A stretch of 60,887 nucleotides of DNA, the filler included. It is 5 parts of 5 records of this genome, joined end to end, with 100 filler letters (N's around TTAATTAATTAA, not from the genome) between each part and the next. Parts side by side here need not be neighbours in the genome. Positions count along the whole stretch, not along the records: positions 1 to 18,741 come from SRR31156797_23818; positions 18,842 to 36,801 come from SRR31156797_23843; 3 more parts are not named here. The stretch is one strand, 5' to 3'. Numbering within the stretch: position 1 is the stretch's first letter; each line of letters begins with the position of its first letter. Shown here piece after piece: positions 10,126 through 19,216 of this stretch. The notes under the pieces are model-generated. The model saw only the letters and a program-made list of their open reading frames with translations, did not search any database and was not told the DNA's origin. The translations under genes were made by a program, and so were the position numbers.

Positions 10126-10320
10126 TTTACTACTCCGAAATTTACAAATGATTGTTATCGACACAGATAAAAATGAAATACGGACAGTTGTATACCATGC
10201 ACAATGTAAATTGATCAAATATCAAAATTTAAATAACCCAAATTATTCTTCCACTCCAGCTCGTTCGCTATAGTCCGTCCACTTTGCTTTTTTCCAAAAG
10301 ACGATTTAAATAGTCTTATC

Positions 10321-10476
10321 ATGTTCAAACTTCTTCTCTTCATAGCAATCCTGATCCTGATATTCGGATACCGCAAAAAACAAAAAATCAAAGGCGGCAT
10401 CAATATCAATACCATCCTAATGGCTGCTCTAGTAGTGCTTTTCATCATATCTCTGCTGACCAGATTTCAAAACTGA
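10321..10476 (+). CDS. Small two-TM membrane protein (51 aa), below the ORF-track cutoff
   Basis: My translation: MFKLLLFIAILILIFGYRKKQKIKGGININTILMAALVVLFIISLLTRFQN*. Two hydrophobic helices flank a basic loop. No clear SD. Confidence 0.5.
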   Translation: MFKLLLFIAILILIFGYRKKQKIKGGININTILMAALVVLFIISLLTRFQN

Positions 10477-10619
10477 CCGCATTAAGATACAAACTTATCG
10501 ATAATTTGAAATTTAAATATAACCCTAAAAACATAACTAAAAAGATTATCTAAAAAGTTTGCACACCTGATTTAGATTTTAACATTGCTATTCAATCCCA
10601 AGGAGGATTATTCTGATGC

Positions 10620-10726
10620 TTCTCAGGGATTAACACTCCACTCACATTTCCTGAGTCAGGTTATCTCATGACCTCTGTTGCTTAGAACGGCTGCTTTTAC
10701 CATGACTGCAGCCGTTCTATTTTTTT
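10620..10726 (+). ncRNA. Candidate small regulatory RNA (three stem-loops, last one a terminator)
   Basis: Upstream TTGCTA-N18-TATTCT. Stems CTCAGGGA/TTCCTGAG, AGGTTA/TGACCT and TAGAACGGCTGC/GCAGCCGTTCTA followed by T7. No sizeable ORF inside. Confidence 0.5.
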
Positions 10727-10752
10727 CCCTTATTGACCTCACTGACGATTAA

Positions 10753-10766
10753 AGTTATCGATAACT
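10753..10766. promoter_or_regulatory. Perfect palindrome AGTTATCGATAACT upstream of the MerR-like gene
   Basis: 14-bp palindrome 14 nt downstream of TTGACC (10733-10738). The core TTATCGATAA recurs at 10495-10504. Confidence 0.5.
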
Positions 10767-10877
10767 AAATCTGGTTATTATTCATTATATATATTGAAAT
10801 TATTTTCTGACGATTCAGCAAATAAACATTGATCTGAAAACTGACAGATCAGTAAAAATTATACAGGACACCTCAAA

Positions 10878-11825
10878 ATGACTGCCGAGACATTTACCCA
10901 CCGGGACCTTTCCTCCATCACTGGAGTATCAGTCACCACCGTCAAAAGTTATCGTAAAAAATTTCCCGAATTCTTTTTTATTGTTGGACACGGCAAACCT
11001 CTGCGCTTCAGAAAAGGAGCAGATAAGCTCTGCCTGCGCATACGTGATCTCTTTAACAAAAATCTATCAGTAAGGCAGATTCGCGATAAACTTTTGACAG
11101 AATTTGAGTCAGTTAAAGAAAATCAACAGCTATCGGAAACCGCACAAGAAACACAGGTGAATAGCGATGATTTTGAAAAACTGGCTAAAACCACCTCCCA
11201 GATGATGAATGGCCTTGCCGCACTAGTTACAGCGCAAGCAAAGGCAGAACAACGTCTTGCACGTATGGAAAAGTCTCTGAAAGAACTGGTTCAAGCCCAA
11301 TCTGAATCTCCTGCAGGCACAGAGCTGTTACAGGAAATCAAGGAAATACTGGCCAGCTCCGGTGGTCTCCAACAGCCGGAAAGGATCACGGCCAAAAAAG
11401 TTGTGACTATTAAGAAAGATAACGGTCAAGATGAATCATATTCCTTTGATGCAGACACCTCAGTCATTGAACCTGAAGAAGAATTTCTTGAACTTCCCGT
11501 GGTCATTCATTCTGAAAGCGGTGAATTTCTCGGCCTGCCCGGTAAACCGGGGCAGCCTTTTACATTGCAGGAACTGGTCTACCTAGTCAGCAGCCGCAAG
11601 GAAGAAGGTACTTCCAAAGTTTGGCACAAAGAAGGCAGGGACTGGATACTGGCGGTCAAATCTCCTGAAGGCCCTCTCTACGAATTGCGCTTCACTATGA
11701 CCAAAACACCTAAAGGAAATATCGTATCCTTCTTCAATAGACTGGATATTAACTCTGAATCTCGCAACCATGCTGATATTCTTGCTTTCTTCAAAGAAGT
11801 GCGGGACTTAATCGATTCAATCTGA
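10878..11825 (+). CDS. MerR-like HTH protein with coiled coil and uncharacterised C-terminal domain
   Basis: FTHRDLSSITGVSVTTVKSYRKKF...IRDLFNKNLSVRQIRDKL MerR-type winged HTH; AGGA RBS. Confidence 0.75.
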   Translation: MTAETFTHRDLSSITGVSVTTVKSYRKKFPEFFFIVGHGKPLRFRKGADKLCLRIRDLFNKNLSVRQIRDKLLTEFESVKENQQLSETAQETQVNSDDFEKLAKTTSQMMNGLAALVTAQAKAEQRLARMEKSLKELVQAQSESPAGTELLQEIKEILASSGGLQQPERITAKKVVTIKKDNGQDESYSFDADTSVIEPEEEFLELPVVIHSESGEFLGLPGKPGQPFTLQELVYLVSSRKEEGTSKVWHKEGRDWILAVKSPEGPLYELRFTMTKTPKGNIVSFFNRLDINSESRNHADILAFFKEVRDLIDSI

Positions 11826-12017
11826 TTTCTGGAAAATTGTGCGGATACCGTTTGCAAAAATAATCCATAATCAGCTATTATCAGCTTGATATTGAATAAT
11901 TCAGCACAATTATTTTCAAAAATATCAATAAGCTACCCCAACAAAACCAATACATACAGCATGTTTTTGTTTATCCGGGGTTGTTTTCAAAACTTCTTTT
12001 TTGAGGAGGAAACCACT

Positions 12018-13361
12018 GTGACTGCGCCAATTTTTAACTGCAAAAACGCCGATGATGTTCTGAAAGCTGTACGTGATTACAATATTAGTTTCGTACAGTT
12101 CTGGTTTGTGGACATTCTTGGAACACTGAAAAGTTTCCAGATCACCCCCAAAGAACTCGAAGCTTCTTTTGAGGAAGGCATGGGCTTTGACGGCTCTTCC
12201 ATTCTCGGTTTCACCAGAATCGAAGAATCTGACATGATAGCCATTCCGGATCCAACCACCTTCCAGCTCTGCTCATGGCGCCCCACAGAACGTCCTGTTG
12301 CACGTATGTTCTGCGACATCCAGAATCCTGATGGTAGTCCTTATGAAGGCGACAGCCGCTGGGTACTCAAAAAGACTCTCGATAAGGCTGCTGAGCGCGG
12401 TTACACCTACTACGTAGGTCCCGAACTTGAATTTTTCCTCTTTAAGGACGAAAAAGGAACCAAAATCATTGACCGTGGCGGTTACTTTGACGCTCCGCCA
12501 TTGGATCTTGGTAACGACGTCCGCCGTGACATCATCTTTTCCCTCGAACAGATGGGATATGATGTAGAATACAGTCATCATGAAGTTGCCCCCAGCCAAC
12601 ATGAAATTGACCTACGCTACGCTGAAGGTATGCGCATGGCCGACACAGCCATGACTTACCGGGTTATCGTCAAGGAAGTGGCTCGCAAACACGGTATTTA
12701 CGCCACCTTCATGCCCAAACCTATCTTTGGTGAAAACGGCTCCGGTATGCACGTGCACCAGTCACTGTTCAAAAACGGCCGCAACGTCTTTTTCGATGCC
12801 AATGATGAATTTCATCTCAGCCCGGAAGGTAAAAGCTACATTGCCGGTATCCTCAAGCACGCTCCGGAAATGACCTGCGTTACCAACCAGTGGGTAAACT
12901 CCTATAAGCGTCTGGTTCCCGGCTATGAGGCTCCTGTATACGTTTCATGGGCCCGTAAGAACCGTTCCACGCTGGTCCGGGTTCCTATGTATAAACCGGG
13001 CAAGGAAAATGCGACCAGAATGGAATTGCGCTGTCCGGACCCGGCAGCCAACCCCTACCTTTGCTTTGCAGTAATGCTGCAGGCAGGGCTCAAGGGAATC
13101 GACGAAGCATACGAACTGCCCGCACCTATCGAAGAAAACATCTTCGCCATGGACGGACCAACCCTGGCCGAACACGGTATCACAGCCCTGCCCGGTAACC
13201 TTTATGAAGCAGCCGTGGCCATGAAGAACGGCGAAGTTGTCAAGGAATGCCTTGGCGAACATATTCACAGCAACCTCTACAGGAATAAAATCAAGGAATG
13301 GGATAAATACCGCACTCAGGTAACTGAGTACGAAATATCAACCTATCTGCCTGTACTTTAG
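12018..13361 (+). CDS. glnA: Glutamine synthetase type I (GSI-alpha-like, 447 aa)
   Basis: FDGSSI, GPELEFFLF, HHEVAPSQHEI, ATFMPKP, NGSGMHVHQSL, NSYKRLVPGYEAP, RMELRCPDPAANPYL. GTG start behind GAGGAGG. Confidence 0.9.
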   Translation: MTAPIFNCKNADDVLKAVRDYNISFVQFWFVDILGTLKSFQITPKELEASFEEGMGFDGSSILGFTRIEESDMIAIPDPTTFQLCSWRPTERPVARMFCDIQNPDGSPYEGDSRWVLKKTLDKAAERGYTYYVGPELEFFLFKDEKGTKIIDRGGYFDAPPLDLGNDVRRDIIFSLEQMGYDVEYSHHEVAPSQHEIDLRYAEGMRMADTAMTYRVIVKEVARKHGIYATFMPKPIFGENGSGMHVHQSLFKNGRNVFFDANDEFHLSPEGKSYIAGILKHAPEMTCVTNQWVNSYKRLVPGYEAPVYVSWARKNRSTLVRVPMYKPGKENATRMELRCPDPAANPYLCFAVMLQAGLKGIDEAYELPAPIEENIFAMDGPTLAEHGITALPGNLYEAAVAMKNGEVVKECLGEHIHSNLYRNKIKEWDKYRTQVTEYEISTYLPVL

Positions 13362-13371
13362 ATATTAAGTT

Positions 13372-13408
13372 TAAGCCCGGTCCATATATGGACCGGGCTT
13401 ACTTTTTT
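13372..13408 (+). terminator. Intrinsic terminator after glnA
   Basis: TAAGCCCGGTCCAT-AT-ATGGACCGGGCTTA then CTTTTTT. Confidence 0.85.
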
Positions 13409-13482
13409 AATGTATCCAGCGGACCTTCGGGGACCATAAAAAACTTTCAATAGGCTTCGCATCTTCGCCAGGACAAAACATT

Positions 13483-14586
13483 ATGGCTGAAATTTCTTTA
13501 CTCAACGAACAGTACAAACTTGATTCCCTCGGCCTGCTTCCTGATTTCTGTTTACAAGAAATCTTCAGCCGCGAAATCAATAACGCAGCTGCGGCCAAAA
13601 TCGTAATTCTCCTCTCGGAAGCTACCCGCTCAAAAATATTAGAAAGCTTCAATATGGTCCGGGCTGTGCGAATCAATAAGATAATTGAAAATTTTGAAAA
13701 CGGGGAACTGGATATTCCTTTTTCACGTTTTGAAAAAACTTGCGAAGACCTCATGGACCGGGTTCAGGAACTCAAGGAAGAGGGCAAAATTCAAGTACCA
13801 GCAATCAGCCTTGATGAATCCATATTTAATACTTCCGAAGAATTAGCTGCTTTTTCGGATAATCTTCCCCGCTTCAATTTTTATCATAATGACATTCATG
13901 ATTTAATTTCATGGTGGAACCTGGCTGCCAAGAATATCAAATCCCTTTTCGGCCAAAAGGCACAAGCAGAAAATATTGTCCTGAAAAGGCTGGAAGATAA
14001 ATTCAGCGCCGAAATATTTGCCCACTCCATCGATGATCTCAGAAAAAATGAATTCAGCGATAAGGCAGCAAAACTGCGAGAATCAACATTTCGTGAATAC
14101 GAACTACGTCTTAATCTGATTGAAGAATTTCTGATCGAACTGCTGGGCAAAAAAAATGACCGCGATTTTGCCGCAAGACTGGCCAGTCATTTTCCTGAAG
14201 ATGATTCCATGCAGGATAAGCTACTAAAAAACGGTCCCCTGTTACTAATCCCTGCAGTCAAAGATGAACTCCCGGCTATGGATATAGCAATGAGTCTTTT
14301 CAAGCTGAAACTGATTCATGATGAATTTGATATGCATGGAATCGAAAAGCTTGTACGCTCATCAAACAATTACTATTTCACAAAAGGACTATCGATAAGT
14401 TCGACAAATATGAATCCAGAATACGCTAATAAAATCATTAAAGAGCGTAAGAAAGCAATTCTCGATGAATTTGGAATTAAGTTAAAAATGATTTTAGATG
14501 CGGCCACCTGCATCAGGGAAAATACCAGCACCTATATCATGCTTGAATTGATGAGCAGCTACACAGTTTATGATTTTGAAGAATAA
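13483..14586 (+). CDS. FliG C-terminal-like domain protein with two MotA-cytoplasmic-like repeats
   Basis: Residues ~10-105 align by eye with FliG_C (LLPDFCLQEIFSREINN..SEATRSKILESF..VQELKEEGKIQV). The C-terminal part resembles the MotA cytoplasmic segment (YFTKGL...NPEYANKII...ILDAATCIRENTS..IMLELMSSY). No TM helices. Confidence 0.6.
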   Translation: MAEISLLNEQYKLDSLGLLPDFCLQEIFSREINNAAAAKIVILLSEATRSKILESFNMVRAVRINKIIENFENGELDIPFSRFEKTCEDLMDRVQELKEEGKIQVPAISLDESIFNTSEELAAFSDNLPRFNFYHNDIHDLISWWNLAAKNIKSLFGQKAQAENIVLKRLEDKFSAEIFAHSIDDLRKNEFSDKAAKLRESTFREYELRLNLIEEFLIELLGKKNDRDFAARLASHFPEDDSMQDKLLKNGPLLLIPAVKDELPAMDIAMSLFKLKLIHDEFDMHGIEKLVRSSNNYYFTKGLSISSTNMNPEYANKIIKERKKAILDEFGIKLKMILDAATCIRENTSTYIMLELMSSYTVYDFEE

Positions 14587-14626
14587 ACAAAAAAGTCGGA
14601 TCCAAATGGATCCGACTTTTTTGTTT
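14585..14626. terminator. Bidirectional intrinsic terminator
   Basis: AAACAAAAAAGTCGGATCCA-AA-TGGATCCGACTTTTTTGTTT, a perfect inverted repeat between convergent genes. Confidence 0.9.
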
Positions 14627-14635
14627 TGATTTAAA

Positions 14636-14983
14636 CTAATCAATCTTTCCCATCTCTTTAAGAAAGCCCATGATATGGGTTACTTCCCCAGCAGCCATTG
14701 TTCCGCCAAGCGAAATTGCCACGGCACAGGTCTCAAGAATTTCATCAATAGTTGCACCGAGATTCAACGCCTCTTCAGTCTGGTAAAGCATGCAGGCTCG
14801 ACAGCCGCTGACCAGAGCACCAACCACAGCCATCAATCTTTTATCCTTGGCCCTGACAGTTCCGTCCTTATAAATTTCCCCGTGAAACTGATCATAAAGA
14901 TCACCTACTTCAGGCATGAGCTTGTTGTAAGTTACCCAGTTCTCACCAATCTGGTTATGAATTTCCATGTGTTTTTCAGCCAT
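14636..14983 (-). CDS. Carboxymuconolactone decarboxylase / AhpD-like protein
   Basis: KDKRLMAVVGALVSGCRACM..ALNLGATIDEILET..AISLGG CMD signature with CxxC. Start MAEKH behind AGGAG. Confidence 0.88.
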   Translation of the reverse strand: MAEKHMEIHNQIGENWVTYNKLMPEVGDLYDQFHGEIYKDGTVRAKDKRLMAVVGALVSGCRACMLYQTEEALNLGATIDEILETCAVAISLGGTMAAGEVTHIMGFLKEMGKID

Positions 14984-15046
14984 CTTTATCTCCTTGTTTT
15001 TTGAATTTAATTTCTTACTTTTGGAGATGATGACTGAACCATAGAT

Positions 15047-15061
15047 ATTAGACAAACTAAT
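15047..15061. promoter_or_regulatory. LysR-type T-N11-A box
   Basis: ATTAG-acaaa-CTAAT palindrome between the divergent CMD and LysR genes. Confidence 0.5.
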
Positions 15062-15083
15062 GTTTTTTATCTACCACATAAAA

Positions 15084-15950
15084 ATGTTTGATATCACAAA
15101 GACAGCACAACTGACCCCGGACCTGCTCCGTTCGTTTTTAGTAGCAGCTGATACGGGCAGCTTTACCCGTACAGCATCTCTGGTCCACAGGACACAGGCA
15201 GCTGTAAGCATGCAGATTAAAAAACTTGAAGAAGACCTCCAATGCTTACTCTTTAAACGTGAGGGCAGAGGGGTTTCTTTAACTGCCGAAGGTGAAATAC
15301 TTTACCGTTATTCATCCAAAATACTTGAGCTGCATGACGAAGCACTCACAGCGGTATCCGGCCCCAAACTTCATGGCAAAGTACGCCTCGGTGCCCCGGA
15401 TGATTACGCTATGAAACATCTCCCCGGAATACTCCGGGAATTTGCCGTGAACCATCCGCAAGTACAGGTTGATGTCTTTTGCGATGATACCCCGACCCTG
15501 AGTAGAATGCTGGAAAACGGACAACTTGATCTGGTCATTGCCACTGATAACGTTAAAACAAAATATTCTGCTCCACTCGAACTGACTTGGATTTTGCCGG
15601 ATAGGATGAAACCTTCAGAATTGGATGAACTTCCACTGGCTTTGTTTCATCCGGTCTGCTGTTATCGCGAGAATGGCTTGAAAGCTCTTGAAAACAAAGG
15701 ACGTAAATACCGCATAGCCTACGGTAGTCCAAGTCTGGCCGGTTTGTTGGCCGCTGTACAGGGAGGATTGGCAATAGCTGTAGTCACCAAAGATACAACA
15801 GCAAAAGGATGCAGGCACGCCCTATCTTCAGACGGCCTGCCACCCATAAAATCGGTTTATATTGACTTGAGATTCCAACCGGGGAACCACTCGGAAGTGG
15901 TTTCCGTATTCGGCGGTTTTATTGCGAAGGGGTTGGGAATTGTGATCTAA
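15084..15950 (+). CDS. LysR family transcriptional regulator
   Basis: LLRSFLVAADTGSFTRTASLVHRTQAAVSMQIKKLE HTH plus substrate-binding domain. Start is 15060 or 15084. Confidence 0.95.
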   Translation: MFDITKTAQLTPDLLRSFLVAADTGSFTRTASLVHRTQAAVSMQIKKLEEDLQCLLFKREGRGVSLTAEGEILYRYSSKILELHDEALTAVSGPKLHGKVRLGAPDDYAMKHLPGILREFAVNHPQVQVDVFCDDTPTLSRMLENGQLDLVIATDNVKTKYSAPLELTWILPDRMKPSELDELPLALFHPVCCYRENGLKALENKGRKYRIAYGSPSLAGLLAAVQGGLAIAVVTKDTTAKGCRHALSSDGLPPIKSVYIDLRFQPGNHSEVVSVFGGFIAKGLGIVI

Positions 15951-15977
15951 CAGTTATTAAGAATTTCTTAATGACTG
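15951..15977. terminator. Hairpin between convergent LysR and TPR genes
   Basis: CAGTTATTAAGAA-T-TTCTTAATGACTG; AT-rich, no strong U tract. Confidence 0.4.
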
Positions 15978-16008
15978 CTTAGTTAACAAAGTAACCGATA
16001 TTTAAAAA

Positions 16009-16797
16009 TCAAAACTTCTTCTTCAAATAATCCAGCTTATACCTGACCGCATAAGGATTTGGATAGGTATCAACTATCTGCTCCAGCAGCTCTGCGGCCC
16101 GTCTGTATTCATGCCTGTCTTCGTAAATATCAGCGAGCATGAATACTGCTTCAGCATGAATATTATCGGAAAGACCATCCATTTTGAGCAGCTTTTCCAG
16201 TTCTGATTCCGCCCTTTCCCAAGCCTGAATAAGAGTCAATGTATGAGCCATTTCAAAAATAGCCCGAGCCTTAACGGTCGGGTTATCAGTTGTTTTGGCT
16301 ATATCGTTGTATGTGTAGATGGCGAGATCATAATTTCTGAGTTTGCGAAAAGTTTCAGCAAGCATATTCCGCTTTGAATCAAGTTGCTCTTGCGACTGTT
16401 CAGAATATTCAAGGCTTTTTTCAAGAGCCTCAACAGCAGCTTTATACTGCCCGGTACGAATATACATTTCAGCCAATTGAAGTTTCAATTTTGAAGCAAG
16501 ATCCGGTTTATGACCGAATTCAAGATACATGGCCTCAAGAATAGCGGCACCGCGCTCGCTGTCGTGACGAACTTCAGCAGCAATTTTAACCAGATAATTC
16601 CAAGCTTCAAAACGGTGTTCTCCCTGCGGATGATCCTGCAGGTATCTTTCAAACCCTTTTTCGGAATCACTGTAAAACCCACTGATAAAACTTGAACGCG
16701 CCTTATCGATAACTTCTGATTTATTATCAGTCGGTTTATCACATCCCTGCGCCATAAGCAGCAGGGATGTGATTATAATGATCAAACATCTTTTCAT
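16009..16797 (-). CDS. Tetratricopeptide-repeat lipoprotein (BamD/CpoB-like)
   Basis: Lipobox-like MAQGC, several TPR helical pairs, ATGA overlap with the gyrA stop. Confidence 0.8.
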   Translation of the reverse strand: MKRCLIIIITSLLLMAQGCDKPTDNKSEVIDKARSSFISGFYSDSEKGFERYLQDHPQGEHRFEAWNYLVKIAAEVRHDSERGAAILEAMYLEFGHKPDLASKLKLQLAEMYIRTGQYKAAVEALEKSLEYSEQSQEQLDSKRNMLAETFRKLRNYDLAIYTYNDIAKTTDNPTVKARAIFEMAHTLTLIQAWERAESELEKLLKMDGLSDNIHAEAVFMLADIYEDRHEYRRAAELLEQIVDTYPNPYAVRYKLDYLKKKF

Positions 16798-18741
16798 GAT
16801 GCGGATTCTTCACCTTCAGGTTCAGAAACTGCTTCTTCACTTGCATCCTGAACAAGGTCAAAACCGACAACATGGTCACCATCATCCATGCGAACAAGAC
16901 GAACACCCTGAGTGGCGCGGCCAACTAGGGAAACATCTTTCACGCCCATACGGATAATCTTGTTACCGGAGGTAAGCAGAACAACTTCATCTTCAGGGGA
17001 AACCATGATGGAACCGAGCACCTTGCCGGTTTTGGTGGTTACCCTCATGCTGATGATTCCTTTACCACCACGGGTCTGTAAGCGGTGCTGCTCGATATCA
17101 GTGCGTTTACCGTAACCCCCTTCAGAAATTGTCAGCAACTGAACACGATCTTCCTCGCCGGTAACAACTCCGGAAACAACTTCGTCGCCGGGGCGCAGGG
17201 CAATACCCTTAACACCGCTGGCTACACGGCCCATGGCTCGTGCATCCTGACAACTGAAGCGGATGGAAGTACCGTTTCTGGTAACCAGCACAGCCTCGGA
17301 ATCGGCATTGACTTCTTTCACGGTAATCAGTTCATCGCCATCCTTCAGGGCAACCGCACGAATACCGGACTGGCGGCAGTTGCGGTAAAGGGCGATGGAA
17401 GAACGTTTAACCATACCGTTCTTGGTAACGAACAGGAAGAAATCCTCTTCCTCGAATTCACGCATGGTCATTGCAGTAGCAATGGTTTCGTCCTTTTCAA
17501 GGGGCAGCAGGTTAGCAATGTGTGCGCCACGGGCGATACGGCTTGCTTCGGGAACCTGATGAACCTTGATTTTGAACATCTTACCCTTGGAAGTGAAGAG
17601 CAGCAGATACTGGTGATTGGAAGTAGTCAGGAAGGTGTGGATAAAATCCCCATCCTTGGTCTGAACACCGGCAATACCTTTACCGCCGCGCTTCTGCTTC
17701 TGGTAATTTGAAAGCGGGGTACGCTTGATGTAGCCGCGTCTGGAAAGTGTGATAACAGCTTCGTCATCTGGAATCAGATCTTCGATGTCGATATCATCGG
17801 GGTTGTGATCCATGAGTACAGTCTTACGCTCGGTAGCGTAGTTGTCCTTGATCTCAACCAGTTCGTCGCGGATAACGCCTTTGAGTATTTCTTCGTTTTC
17901 AAGAATGGATTTGAAGTATTCAATCTTCTTGAGAATCTCTGCGTATTCTTCAAGCAGCTTTTCATGTTCAAGGTTGGTCAGTCTCTGCAATCTCATATCG
18001 AGGATTGCCTGAGCCTGTACCTTGGAAAGCTCAAAGCGATCCATCAAACTGATGCGTGCTTCATCACCGTTCTTGGAAGCACGAATGATCTTAACCACTT
18101 CGTCGATGTTATCCAGCGCAATACGCAGACCTTCGAGAATGTGAGCTCGTTTTTCACACTTATCGAGATCAAACCTTGTGCGGCGAATGATAACTTCGCG
18201 ACGGTGCTCAAGAAATGCAGCCAGAATCTGCTTGATGTTCATCAGCATCGGTCTGTTGGCGGAAACAGCCATCATGTTGATACCGAAACTCTGCTCCAGC
18301 TGGGTGAATTTGTACAGGGAGTTGATAATGATATCAGCGATTGCACCTTTTTTCAGGTCAACAACAACACGAATACCTTTACGGTCGGATTCGTCACGCA
18401 GGTCTGAAACGCCTTCGATTTTACCTTCACCCACCAGCTGGGCAATCTTTTCAACCATGCTGGATTTATTCAGGGCATAAGGAATCTCGGTGATGACGAT
18501 GGACTGGCGACCATTCTTTTTCTCCTCAATGTTCACAACACCGCGGATTTTGATGGACCCACGACCAGTCAAATAGGCTTCACGAAGACCTTTACCGCCG
18601 AAACAGAGTGCTCCGGTGGGAAAGTCAGGCCCTTTGATATGGACCATGAGATCTTCTATTTCACACTCAGGGTTATCGAGCAGATGTACGGTGCCGTTGA
18701 TCAACTCGCCAAGGTTATGAGGCGGAATATTGGTAGCCATA
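16794..18741 (-). CDS. gyrA: DNA gyrase subunit A, 5'-truncated at the contig end
   Basis: ATNIPPHNL, GPDFPTG, GyrA-box QKRGGKG, beta-pinwheel repeats. The N-terminus with the catalytic Tyr is outside the contig. Confidence 0.97.
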
Positions 18742-18841
18742 NNNNNNNNNNNNNNNNNNNNNNNNNNNNNNNNNNNNNNNNNNNNTTAATTAATTAANNN
18801 NNNNNNNNNNNNNNNNNNNNNNNNNNNNNNNNNNNNNNNNN
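18742..18841. other. Artificial contig linker
   Basis: N44-TTAATTAATTAA-N44, giving stops in all six frames. Confidence 0.98.
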
Positions 18842-19151
18842 TGCCTGAGAATGGTATCAATGTTGTTTAGGCTTAGCTCATCGGCCCGAGAGGGCTGTTC
18901 GCTTTTTCGATTGCCTTGATTCTATTGGTCAAAGGGTTTGGATGAAGGTTCATCCCCCTTCTTGATATATCAGAAATGGATTCGAGCCTGTTGATGTGTA
19001 TTGCCTTTATGCAACTTAACGACTGATTAGTAAACCAAAAACGCTTTATTCGGTGGTTAGAGATGAACAATCTATAACTTTTGGCTTATATTGGGGAAAA
19101 CGGTTGCTAATTAATGATTTCCCTGCTACTAATGACTCTAACTAATAATAT

Positions 19152-19170
19152 ACGTTGCTTTAGGCAACGT
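19152..19170. promoter_or_regulatory. Inverted repeat upstream of the giant-protein operon
   Basis: ACGTTGC-tttag-GCAACGT, about 45 nt before the ATG. Confidence 0.4.
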
Positions 19171-19216
19171 TATTCTTTCATTACCTTAATCGCAACATAG
19201 ATATGAGGCTTTGCAG

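Noticed and set aside
10215-10448. 77-aa minus-strand ORF
   Set aside because: The opposite-strand 51-aa two-TM ORF is more protein-like; neither is proven.
11886-12017. N-terminal extension of glnA and a sigma54 promoter
   Set aside because: A strong SD precedes GTG 12018. CAGCAC-N-TTTC lacks the invariant GG and GC of a -24/-12 promoter.
18786-18797. TTAATTAATTAA as a biological repeat, and ORFs running through X residues
   Set aside because: It is an artificial all-frame stop linker, so those ORF ends are artefacts.
18873-19070. 65-aa minus-strand ORF upstream of the giant genes
   Set aside because: No RBS or recognisable features; probably intergenic.
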